Below are positions 25,556 through 36,879 of a stretch of DNA of 64,000 nt, piece after piece; within the stretch, counting starts at the first letter, position 1, and each line of letters begins with the position of its first letter. The stretch lies in assembly GCA_964016885.1 (NCBI GenBank), contig OZ024742.1, positions 277,202,001-277,266,000 of the forward strand, in the 5' to 3' direction. Under the pieces are notes generated by a model. It was given only the letters and a program-made list of their open reading frames with translations, had not been told where the DNA came from and searched no databases. This stretch comes from Eledone cirrhosa (lineage: Eukaryota). Made by a program: the position numbers and the translations under genes.

Positions 25556-26205
25556 ATTGTTTCTACTTTAGGCACAAGGCCAGCAATTTGAAGGGAAAGG
25601 GAAAGTCAATTAAATTGATCCCAATGCTTACTGGTGCTTTATCTTATTGTCCCCATAAAGATGAAAGGCAGAGCTAACCTCAGTGGGATTTGAACACAGA
25701 ATGTAAAGGGCCGTAACTCTATGCTACAAATCATGGTGTACGACGCTTTATTGATACAGCTAATCCACCGCCCTTATAATAATTTTTTCTGCTTTTGGCA
25801 CAAGGCCAGCAATTATCCCAGAGTATTACTGGTACTTTATTTCATTGACTCTGTAACGATAAAAGGCAAAGTTAACCTAGGCGGGATTTGAACTCAGACC
25901 GTAAAGGGCCGTAATTCTATGCTGCAAAGCATGGTGCATATAATAATATATACACCCTTATAATAATTCTTTCTACTTTTAGGCACAAGGCTAGCAATCA
26001 CCCAGTGCATTACTGGTACTTTATTTTATCGACCCCGTAAGGATGAAAGGCAAAGTTAACCTCGGCGGGATTTGAACTCAGAATGGCAAGGGCCGTAACT
26101 CTATACGTCAAAGCATGGCGTCCGACCTTCTACCGATATAGGCACAAGGCCAGCAGTTTTAGAGGAGGGGAAAGGCGATTAAATTGACCCCAGTGGGTGA
26201 CTGGT
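25545..26205 (-). mobile_element. cluster of four tandem family-2 SINE copies
   Basis: ggcacaaggccagc-type ends recur at ~25571, 25797, 25982 and 26141, the first three followed by SINE core and gggatttgaac B box. Confidence 0.8.
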
Positions 26206-26490
26206 AATAATAATAATTTCTTGACTAACCACAAAGGGATCATGTGAAAACAACATTAAAGACAGCACAGGATAAGATTGTGGAGGGAAGGGTTGTGTGT
26301 AAATCTATAATAAAAACATGTAAAATCATACAAAAATAAATTCTCCAATTGAGAGAAGACCTCCGAGGGGTACCCATGAAGAGTGCCGTTTGCTACTTGC
26401 CTTCCTTCAATTTACAGGTGTATACTCAAAGCAGGCCCATTTACTTGGACCAAGCTTGCCACTTTCATCCACCTTTCAACATAAAAAAAG
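26205..26490 (-). mobile_element. Tx1-like LINE 3' terminal fragment
   Basis: Reverse complement matches 31430-31730 (ccctttgtggtta..agaaat(ATT)n); encodes VERWMKVASLV. Confidence 0.6.
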
Positions 26491-26516
26491 GCATACTATA
26501 ATGACAATTTACATAC

Positions 26517-26627
26517 CTTTATGAATTTAGGTGTACAGTATGAAGAGTAAAACTTGTTGAAGGTCGACAAGAAACGTTCCCTGTGAACGCGAATGAGTGA
26601 TGCAGCTTGAACAGCAGCAAATAAATA
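26517..26627 (-). other. candidate 111-nt phase-0 coding exon (YLFAAVQAASLIRVHRERFLSTFNKFYSSYCTPKFIK)
   Basis: T-rich tract + CTAG acceptor, stop-free frame, AAG|GTATGT donor; family not recognised. Confidence 0.3.
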
Positions 26628-26734
26628 CTAGTCCAGGTTGTGAGATTAAAGTAAAATAAATAAATATGAACTACCTCTGTGAAATAATATACACCATCTC
26701 TTAATACTTTCTCCTCACCCTCTCTCCCTCTCTG

Positions 26735-26771
<37 letters not shown>

Positions 26772-27109
26772 TAGCTTACCTTGTGCAATCTCTCTCTCCT
26801 CCTCTCTTTCTCTGTCTCTCTGTCTGTTTTTCTCTCTCCCACATAACTTACCTTATGCAATCTCTCTCTCTCCTCCTCTCCTCCTCTCTGTCTCTCTTTT
26901 TTTCACTCTCTCTCCGTCCCACTTAGCTTACCTTGTACAATCTCTCTCACTCTCTCCTCTCTCCCACTTAGCTTACCTTGTACAATCTCTCTCACTCTCT
27001 CCTCTCTCCCACTTAGCTTACCTTGTACAATCTCTCTCACTCTCCCCTCTCTCCCACTTAGCTTACCTTGTACAATCTCTCCCCTCTCTCCCACTTAGCT
27101 TACCTTGTT

Positions 27110-27170
<61 letters not shown>

Positions 27171-27355
27171 CTCCTCTCTCCCACTTAGCTTACCTTGTTC
27201 AATCTCTCTCCTCTTCTCTCTCTGTTTCTCTCTGTCTATCTGTTTTTCACTCTCTCTCTCTCTCCCACTTAGCTTACCTCGTGCAATCACTCTCCTCCTC
27301 TCTATCTTTCTCTCTACCCCACTCACCTATGTATACTCCCCCTCTCTCTCTCACC
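26735..27355. repeat. (CT)-rich minisatellite with core CCCACTTAGCTTACCTTGTACAAT
   Basis: About nine cores separated by (CT)n, with a 42-bp period in the centre. Confidence 0.9.
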
Positions 27356-27511
27356 TGCTGTCTACCTGTGTACCACTAACTTTCCTCACTTCATTCAGTC
27401 ATTCTCCCACGTCATGCTGTTTACATATTCTTTTCTCTCAGCAAATCTCATCTAATCACACTCACTCTCTTTTTCCCCCTCTCTTTAACAAATTCCTTAA
27501 CTAATTAATCA

Positions 27512-28225
27512 AACACGCACACACATGCACACATACACACATACATGCACACGCACACACACATACACACATACATGCACACACGCACACACACATGCAT
27601 ACACACATACATGCACACACGCACACACACATGCATACACACATACATGCATACACGCACACGCACATACACACATACCCACATACACACATACACACAC
27701 ACACACGCACACACACACGCACACACATACACACATACATGCACACATGCACACACACACATGCACACACACACACGCACACATGCACACATGCATGCAC
27801 ATACACACATGTATGCACATACACACAAACACAATTCAACTCACCTACACACATAGATGTATATGCATCAAATCTATGCATACCAACCACATGCACACAC
27901 ACACATACGAGCATAAACACACTCTAACATGCAGATCTATGCATACCCACTACACACACACACCACACACACACAAATATAAACACACACCACACACACA
28001 TGCCACACACACATACAAACATAAATACACATACACACACAAATCTATCATACCCACCACACACACACAAACACACACACCACACACACACAAACACACA
28101 CACCACACACACACATACCCACTACACACACATATACCCACTACACACACACCCACACAAACATAAACACACACACATACACACAGATCTTCATACCCAC
28201 CACGCACACATACACACACCTACAT
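27512..28225. repeat. compound (CA)-rich microsatellite
   Basis: Direct inspection. Confidence 0.95.
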
Positions 28226-28891
28226 AGTAGTTGTTATCACAACTACACTTCCATTTTCAGTTAGATCCTCCGGTACTTATCTGCTGCTACTGCTGTGGTG
28301 AACTACTTCATTGAAGACTGTTGTTTTCTCATAGAACCAGTTGACACCTCGCACTTGCAACTGCTCCATAGCATCATAAATCAACAATGAAATACATAAA
28401 AATAGGATAAACTCTGTTTTAACTTAGACCCTGACACCATAGCCAAGCTTTGATGCTTGAAGGATGGGCTGGGTGGAGGGGAGAAGGCATTAGAACATTC
28501 TGGGTGGACATTCTAATAACCTAAGGAATCTTTTGATCAGTTTCTTTGCTTAACTATTTTTTTTTGTTTACTCTTTTACCTGTTCCAGCCATCCAGCTGA
28601 AGCAGTGCCGGGGCACCACCCTTGGTTTGTTTTATTTATTTTTGTTATTTGTTCTTGATTTGAGAACAGTTAATAAAATGAAGCCTTATTTCAGAATAAA
28701 AAAAAAAAGAAAAATCTGTGTTTTAAATCAGAGATTACATCAGTAATACGTAGGAGAGGTAAGGGCTGAAAGTGCCATCCACTGCCTCCCTTTGGTGATG
28801 GGCTTACTTAGACCCCAGGTTTTTGGCTACAGAGAAGAGATGGCTAAAATGGAAATTTAACAGAATTGTTACCAGAAGCACAGCACAAGTA

Positions 28892-29092
28892 CTGTATATA
28901 AACTGAGGAATATGTGACCAAAAAATTGATGGAAAAATTGGGTGGGTCAGCTTATATAGACCATCCAAACAATGTGTTGATTAGCTAGCTCAGCTTATAA
29001 ATGGGGTTTCAATTTTTGCCCTTTTCTCAGGCATAATATGGGGGGGTTGGGTTGACTTATATTTGAATTGGATTATATTCAAGTATATACGG
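28892..29092. mobile_element. Tc1/mariner-superfamily (pogo/Tc2-like) MITE
   Basis: TA|CTGTATATA ... TATATACGG|TA termini with TA TSD. Confidence 0.5.
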
Positions 29093-29121
29093 TATATCTG
29101 AAGGCTTAATAAAAAAGGATT

Positions 29122-29290
29122 AAATTCTTCTTCGCCCACTTATGCCTGAGAGGGTCGGGGGTGCAGAGTCCTCAAACACTCCTTCCAGCGAGTCCTGTCA
29201 GAAGCAACCGTCCTCAACTGATTCAGCTAGGTCTCCAAGTGTGACCAGCTAAGTTTATGGATGTTATCCAACCATCTTGCTTGGTTCATG
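29122..29290 (-). mobile_element. RTE (second lineage) 3' end
   Basis: Reverse-complement match to 8570-8728 including the (GAA)n tail. Confidence 0.7.
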
Positions 29291-29319
29291 CCACCCAATA
29301 GTGTTGTCGGGTGATGGAT

Positions 29320-31735
29320 GGACAGACTGGTTAAATTGCTTGGGCTCTGGTTTTGTCCAGACCTCCAAATGGCAGAAACTGGGATGAGGTAACGACCAGA
29401 GTGGCTGAGAGGAAGCTATCCCTGAAATGTCAGGCAGAGGTGGCGAAAGCATACTTTGCATCCGCTATCTACTACCAACTGTGCCTTGTCCTGGTTCACA
29501 TCTGACCACACAGGGTGTTTGTTCTTCCACTTTTTGTGGAAAAGACATGTCAATGGTCAGGTGATTCATTTGCTGTCAATACCTGCTAAGTGGAGGACTA
29601 GGCATTTCATGGCTGATGATGCACAAACGTGCTGATGCTATGTCATATCCAGCTTTGCCTCAACAGTGAATAGGTGTAGTTGCCATTTGCTAGGTACATG
29701 TTTCCATAGCTTATCTCCTTGATAGAGCTGCAGTCCTGGATCAAGTGAAGACCAAGAGGGAGTGCTTGGTAACTGGATTGTCTTCAAGTGCTCAGATAAT
29801 TGGGCAGTATGATCAGTGGAAACTCCATCTCAGCATTCTGTAAGGGGTTAGTGATGGGTAAAAATGATGACGTTCTTGGGGAGATTCTGAGCATTGACCA
29901 AAATCAATTATCCATGCCTTTTCAGAGGACTTTCAGCCTAGGGCTCTGGTCTGGTAGTGCTTCCAGGGAGCATTACCTGATCGAGATAAACTCTACAGTC
30001 ATGGAAGTGCTGTCAGCCAGGCCTGTCTAAGATGAGCACAGAGTGACAAAACCATTCTGCATGCACTCATCCAGAGTTCAAAATTTTGGCCAAGGTGTTA
30101 GCAATGAGGTTGGCGCTTGTCTTTGGTTGGTGGTCTGGTAGGGGATGCACAGACATGTGTTATTCCCAAGAGATCCATCCACGACAACCTCCATCTCATG
30201 CGATACATCATAGAGAGGGAGGCCAAAGAACCTGGCACGGGTGAGGCACTGATCAACTTGGATCAATCCAAAGCATTTGATAGGACCAACCACAGGCTTT
30301 GGTCCGGTTTTCAGAGGATGGATAGCTGCTATGCATAGTGACATCTGCTCTGTGGTTAAATTGAATGATCACCTCTTGGAACTGTTTAACATCATGCTTT
30401 TGGTCTGTCAGGGTTGTCCCCTCTCATCCTTGTTGTATGCATTGACTCTCGAACCACTACTACACAAATTAGAGACGTTGAGGGGTATCCCGCATAGGAC
30501 ATGGAAGATCTGTGTTGGCTTATGTCAATGACATCACAGTCATAGAGTCGAACACCAAACACATTAAAGTGATCGGCGCCCACTCTGAAGGAATACGAAG
30601 TGCTGACAAGAGCGAAAATCAACCAGGAAAAATCTGAGGGCCTTGTTTGGTCCTGACCTCCTGATGGACAGAAATTGGGATGAGATGATGAACAGAGTGG
30701 TCAATCTCACCCAGAAATGGACCAAGAGAAAGTTGTCCCTGAAAGGTAGGGCAGAGGTGGTGAAAACATTTATCACATCTGTCATCTACTACCATTTGAC
30801 CTTTATGCTTTGTCCCAAACCCCATCTGCCTGCACTGGAGCATTTGCTCTTCCAATTCTTGTGGAAAGGACCCATTCCAATGGTCAAGTGGTCCATCTGC
30901 TGTCAACAGCCTCTGTGTGGGGACTGGGAATGCTGTGGCTAATGATGTGCAGACATATGCTGAGGTTACGACATCTCTATCTCTTCCTTAATGGTGAACA
31001 GGTGTGCTTGCCATTCACCAGATACATGTTCCCCCAGCTTGTATCTTTAACGGAGCTACAGTCCTGGGTCAAGTGGAGACCAAGGGAGGGCACTTGGAAA
31101 CTAGAATGCCTCCAGGCACTTACAGCCCTTCAACAATCGGGCAATATGATCGGTGGAAACACCACCTTGGCGCTCTATAGAGGGTTAATGGCTGATAAAA
31201 GTGACAACATTCTTAGGGAAACTCTAGACATAGACGAAAATCAACTAGCCACTCTTTTCGGAAGGACTTTCGGTCCAGGGCCCATGGATAATTTGTAGAA
31301 ATCCCTAGCATGGCAGTGCTACCGAGGAGCTTTGCCTGTTTGAGATAAACTTTACATACATGGAAATGCCTGTCCAAGATGCGTGCAGCATGATAAAACC
31401 ATCCTGCACACAAGAGAAGCGACTATGGCCTGAGTGAATGTGGCCGCTCTGAATGTAAGCCTGTAGATTGAAAGAGTACAACTGGGACAAGGCACTTGCC
31501 CTAAAGATCCGAGCATCTGTGGTTTTATGGTTTTTTTTCCACAAATGACCCTTGAACGTCTCCTCCTTATTGAGGAACCTTCTTTGTTTTAATTCTATTA
31601 TCTTTTTTTTTTTAACTTTGTTAAAATTTGTTTACATACAAAACCCTTACACTCATGTTTTCATCATGTACTGTCATAATGTTTTTTCTTGATGTGGACC
31701 CTTTGTGGTTAATAAAGAAATCATTATTATCATTG
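29320..31735 (+). mobile_element. two decayed Tx1/L1-clade LINE segments in tandem
   Basis: IHDNLHLMRYII, LINLDQSKAFDR, QGCPLS, LSLKGRAEVVKTFITSVIYY; 29340-30075 is a diverged copy of 30650-31410; AATAAA and (ATT)n end at ~31710. Confidence 0.8.
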
Positions 31736-31989
31736 TTATTAAAATATCTTTTAAAATCCTATTTCTCCCCTTTCAGGCCAGTCATGTATATCTCAGATTA
31801 ATCCAGATTTATTTCATAGTAGTTTAAGGACAGAAAAAGGAATAACAGGCATATAATTGTTATTGATTAATCAATACCATTAGCTAGTAATAATCTAAAT
31901 ACATACCTTGATAAGCAGAGTGGCAATTTTATTTGGTTTGTTTGGATTTGGTCTATTATTATTATAAATAAATAAAAAAAAAAAAGGAA

Positions 31990-32600
31990 TCATTATTATT
32001 ATTATTACTATTTTTATTTCTATTATTATCTTTTATTGTACATCATTACTGCTTTACCGAGCACAGCTCTGTGTGCCTTAGGTGTAGTTTTTGTTGATGT
32101 TGTTTCTATTGTATTGATAGTACTTTTCATAATATGCGTGAAGTGCCTAGTAGTGCTATCTTTTGTATGCTGTATATGGGGTTGTGGTTATTGTGTGTTT
32201 TATCATTCCTTGAGCACCTATTGTTATAGGTATTGTTTGTTTTCATTTTCCACATTCGAGTTATTTCTATCTCTAGATCTTTATATTTGGACAGTTTCTC
32301 TATTTCTTTGGTAGATATATTGTTGTCTGTATGTATTGGCAAATCCCAGAAATAGTTGCTTTGTCATTCTCTAATGCCTTTTCTGGTGAGTGTCTGTACC
32401 ATCTTTTGTCTGTTGGTATTTCATAATTTTGGCATAATTTCCAGTGTATGTAATTCCCTCCTCCTCTTTCAATCTTTACTATATTTCATATGCCTGTCAC
32501 CCACCGTGTGGATTGTCTCTCTATTAACCTCTGGCCACTGGTCTCTGTCCTCTGAGGCATGTTTGCCCATCTCTGTCTTTGACAGCATTTAGCTGTTTTA
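31990..32600 (-). mobile_element. degenerate R4/Dong-like LINE 3' end
   Basis: KEIEKLSKYKDLEIEITRMWKMKT, IQKIALLGTSRIL; (TAA)n tail. Confidence 0.75.
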
Positions 32601-32721
32601 ACGGCTGTTCTAGAGATGAGTTTTCTCATTTTTATATGTATTGGAAAACACTCTTGCTTCGTCTCAATCAGAGATAGTATTGCTTTATATATACATTCTT
32701 TTATTATATATACTTTTATTA

Positions 32722-33637
32722 ACTTACTAATTCTGCTACATTAAAAATTCTGCTTCTATACCAATTCTGCTACATTACCAATTCTGCTACCCACCAAATC
32801 GGCTATCTTACCTGTTGACCTACTCTATTAGCTCTGTTACTATACCAATACTGCTATTCAACCAACACACCTAGCGCTACCAAATCTGCTATATATAAAA
32901 TCTGCTAGCCTAACAACACTCTTACTTCTGTCATACCAATTCTGCTACTCTGCCAATTCTATGTGTGCTATCCTACTAAATTTTCTACCATACCAAGACT
33001 GTTACCTACCAATTCTACTACTCTGCGAACTCTGCACTACTAACAATTCTGCTATACTACCAACTCTGCTACCCTACTAATTTTGCTACCCTACCAATTC
33101 TGGTATCCAAATACTTCTGCTATCCTTTTAACATATCTACCACTACTAACTCTTCTACCCTACCAATCCTGCTTCCCTACAAGCTCTACATCCCAACCAA
33201 TTCTGCTACTCCACTACTTTTGTTACCAATGCCAACTCTTCTAATCTACCAATTCTGCCACTATACAAATTCTTCTACAATTAATAATTTTCCTAACCTA
33301 CCAATTTTGTTACCCTACTTATCCTACTACCCTGTCAAATTTTCTACCACTGACATATATGCTACTCTAACAATTTTGCTATGCTACCAATTCTACCATT
33401 ATCAACTCTCCCACTTTACCAACTCTGCTACGTTACCAATCCTACTGCCCCACCAACTCTCCTACTCTACCAATTATGCTATCTTAGCAATTCCCCTACA
33501 TCTATCAACTCTCCTAACTTATGAATTCTACAGTTATACCAATACTACTATCCAAGAAATTCACCTATATTACTAATTCTGCTACACTGCCAATTCTGAA
33601 ATCCTACCTATTCTCCTACAGTACCAAATCTGCTACC
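32722..33637. repeat. degenerate ~17-bp minisatellite (CTACCAATTCTGCTAC-like)
   Basis: ccaattctgctac recurs throughout. Confidence 0.85.
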
Positions 33638-33649
33638 CCCCCCCCCCCT

Positions 33650-34025
33650 CCTTGTTGTTCCAATTACAAAGGGATCTACTTGTTAAGCCTCTCTGGTAAA
33701 GTCTATGCTATGTGTCTGGAAAAGAAATGCAGCGAGATTGTCGAGTCCAAGCTAGCTGGAGACAGTGTGGTTTTCACCCAGGATGCAGCACGACCGATCA
33801 AATATTCACATAGAGGCTGGTCTTTGAGAAATCATAGGAGTATTGCCAAGAGGTATATCGTTGTTTGGTAGACCCCAAAAAGGCATATGATTACGTTCCT
33901 CAGATATGCTGTTGAAGGTTCTGCAGGAGTATGAGATCGATGGCCAGCTTCTTGTTGCCTGGATGTCTTGATACGAATGGCTAAGTATTCGTGTTCGGAT
34001 AAATGGTGCTAAATCAAAACCATTA
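33650..34025 (+). mobile_element. degenerate RTE reverse transcriptase N-terminal fragment
   Basis: CSNYKGIYLLSLSGKVYA, QCGF, TTDQIF, with frameshifts. Confidence 0.7.
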
Positions 34026-34494
34026 TTTTTAACCAAAAATTAAATTAATTTTATAACTGCAGATGCTTGCACAAATATATCTAATCATCTGATGTAAGCT
34101 CTATACCAAATGGCATTTATTATAGTCAGTTGAAGAGAAATAACTAATAAAGCATGGATCTAAACGTTTGTAGGATAATTTAAAGAAGATGCTAAATAGA
34201 CACATTTATAGTTTGTATTATACATAGACAAGTACATAACAGTAAGATTAAAATGGAGATACCTACTAATAAATGCAGTAGAAAATGTATAGTTATTTCT
34301 CTATCTACACCAAACATTATCAATGACCGAACCCAAAATAACCTAAAATATAAATTCAAAAAAACGACAATGCCTATATCAACATAGGAGAATACATTTG
34401 GAAAGGCTGATTGGTTGTAAGCATTTCCGTTGGACATGCAAAATTATTGCCGACGTATAGTGTTGAAATATTGCACAAGTTTACTGATTTTTAC

Positions 34495-34892
34495 CTATCT
34501 ATCTATCTAAGGCGGGTAAAATTCCCGAGATCCATGGACGAGTTCTTTCCAGCGGTCTCTGTCCCTCATTATCGCTGCCATGTCCTGCGTCTCCAACAGT
34601 GTCTGTCCTTAGGGCATCAACATACGTTAACCTTGGTCTTCCTCTTCTAGTGTGTCCATGTCGGGGCTCCCACAGGAGCACTGAGTGCAATGTCAACTCT
34701 GGATGTCGGTGAGCATGTCCAGCTAACCTCAGTCTCCTCTGTGTCACTTTTGAGCTGACTTTTGGGATGCTCCCATACAGCTCTGAGTTTTTCATCCTCA
34801 GTGTATACTGATTAATGTTCAGAGCCATCCTCAGCATTCTCGTATAGCACCCAACCCATCCACCATCTGAGGGAGTTTCTTGGTCAGTGGTC
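34495..34892 (-). mobile_element. RTE-group LINE 3' end inserted in the array-edge unit
   Basis: MLRMALNI...RRLRLAGHAHRH...LLWEP.HG..RRGRPRLTYVD; (TAGA)n tail. Confidence 0.8.
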
Positions 34893-35224
34893 TATGAAGA
34901 AGAAAATTTTAGATTTTTACACACATTCTCTCTTAGATATTCAACATATCTTTCCATAACGATCGGTCAATTGTTAGCACTACACATGGCAAAAAAACGA
35001 CAAAGACGATATCAACATCAGAGAATACATTTGGAAAGGTTGATTGGTGGTAAGTATTTCCGTTAGACATGCAAAATTATTGCCGACATATAGTGTTGAA
35101 ATGTGGCACAAGTTTACTAATTAATGAAACAATGTTTCGACTATGACATCATCACTATTTAAATTGTGATAAGGTCGTTTACAAATTGTTAGAAAAAGCA
35201 AAGAATGGAGTAAAACAATTAGAA

Positions 35225-35296
35225 TTCCCATACCGGGAATCGAACTCGGGCATCCTGGTTGAAAGCCAGGAATCCTAACCCCTAGACCACATGGAA
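35225..35296 (-). pseudogene. tRNA-Glu(TTC), unit 1, diverged
   Basis: ~7 substitutions vs array consensus TCCCATGTGGTCTAGTGGTTAGGATTCCTGGCTTTCACCCAGGCGGCCCGGGTTCGATTCCCGGCATGGGAA, including the T stem. Confidence 0.7.
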
Positions 35297-35477
35297 AACC
35301 ATTGCTGAAATGAGGAAATAGTTCACTTTTAAATGTGACAATATATAAATAAACTGTAGAAACTTGTATATACTTACAGAAGCAGGCATAACATGACAGG
35401 CACGGTTTTCGTTCATAGATAAATATCACTAGCGATTTCTTCAATACGTTGCTTTACTAAAGATTGCCATATATACA

Positions 35478-35548
35478 TCCTCGGTAGTATAGTGGTAAGT
35501 ATCCCCGCCTGTCACGCGGGAGACGGGGTTCGATTCCTCGCCGCGGAG
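35478..35548 (+). pseudogene. tRNA-Asp(GTC), unit 1, diverged
   Basis: 1-nt deletion and two stem substitutions vs consensus TCCTCGGTAGTATAGTGGTAAGTATCCCCGCCTGTCACGCGGGAGACCGGGGTTCGATTCCCCGCCGGGGAG; oligo-T terminator follows. Confidence 0.7.
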
Positions 35549-36555
35549 GTACATATACTTTTTACATATGAAAGAACAAATTTTTAGATTTTTACAGACA
35601 TTCTCTCTTAGATGTTCAACATATCTTTCCACAACGATCGGTCAATTGTTAGCACTACACATGGCAACTACCATTTTCATCCGGCATTCTAGCATATTTA
35701 ATTCTTTCCATTTGACCATCGTCCCATCTCTGGCAACTCAACAATCTCTCGTTTCGTTCATCTCAAAAATATTAATTCATGTTTGCACACACAAAGCTAA
35801 ACTCAAAGCCTCAGCTCGAGCCAGCGCGGCTGGACCGAGGGGACGCCATGACAATCTTCCCATTCCGTGGCGGTAGGCCACACGTCTCTCATGCTACACG
35901 ATGTAGCACCTTCTCTAGCGGCAGCATGCTGCGTCCGGCTGCCAGCTTAGGATCCGCTTTTTGCCACGCCGAAGATAGCAAACTGTCCGAGTATCGGCCG
36001 CTTTCTTATATGTTTGTGGTAGAGCGAGTAGCAGTGGAGACTACCAGTGTTCTTGACCCCTAGACAACGGCCCCCGCTCATGGCCATCGGAGCTGAGTTG
36101 GGTGCGCGAAGTTGCAAGTCTCCCCCAGTTTGATTGGCTCTACCAGCTCGTCTCCGTCACCGTCCTCCGAGGCAATATATTCTTCATCCTGTCGGTACGA
36201 AGAGGTGCAGGGTAAGATAGTTTCCACCTCATATTTCTCTTCTGCTGCCTAGATATTTCTTCCTAGACATGTTACCGAAAGTTTTCAGAGTAATCGAAAG
36301 CAACAGCTGATTTTTGATTTCATAAAAACGACAAAGACGATATCATCATCAGATAATACATTTGGAAAGGTTGATTGGTGGTAAGTATTTCCGTTGGACA
36401 TGCAAAATTATTGCCGACATATAGTGTTGAAATGTTGCACAAGTTTACTGATTAATGAAACAATGTTTCGATTATGACATCATCACTATTTAAATTGTGA
36501 TAAGGACGCTTACAAATTGTTCGAAGAAGCAAAGAATGGAGTAAAGCAATTAGAG

Positions 36556-36627
36556 TTCCCATGTCGGGAATCGAACTCGGGCCTCCTGGTTGAAGGCCAG
36601 GAATCCTAACCACTAGACCACATGGGA
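36556..36627 (-). pseudogene. tRNA-Glu(TTC), unit 2, diverged
   Basis: U33C and T-stem mismatches. Confidence 0.7.
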
Positions 36628-36808
36628 AGCCATTGCTGAAGAGAGGAAATAGTTCACTTTTAAATGTGACTATATATAAATAAACTGTAGAAACTTCTAT
36701 ATATTTACAGAAGCAGGCATAACATGACAGGCACGGTTTTCGTTCATAGATAAATATCACTAGCGATTTCTTCAATACGTTGCTTTACTAAAGATTGCCA
36801 TATATACA

Positions 36809-36879
36809 TCCTCGGTAGTATAGTGGTAAGTATCCCCGCCTGTCACGCGGGAGACGGGGTTCGATTCCCCGCCGGGGAG
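36809..36879 (+). tRNA. tRNA-Asp(GTC), unit 2
   Basis: Consensus except a 1-nt deletion before the T stem. Confidence 0.75.

Noticed and set aside
27501-28227. His/Thr- or Cys/Val-rich ORFs
   Set aside because: Translations of the (CA)n microsatellite.
33220-33576. 118-aa ORF
   Set aside because: Lies wholly within the ~17-bp minisatellite.
36300-36420. Spliced-leader RNA gene (Sm-like GATTTTTGA plus GTAAGT donor)
   Set aside because: The Sm-like site lies upstream of the donor, the reverse of SL RNA order; such motifs are common in AT-rich DNA.
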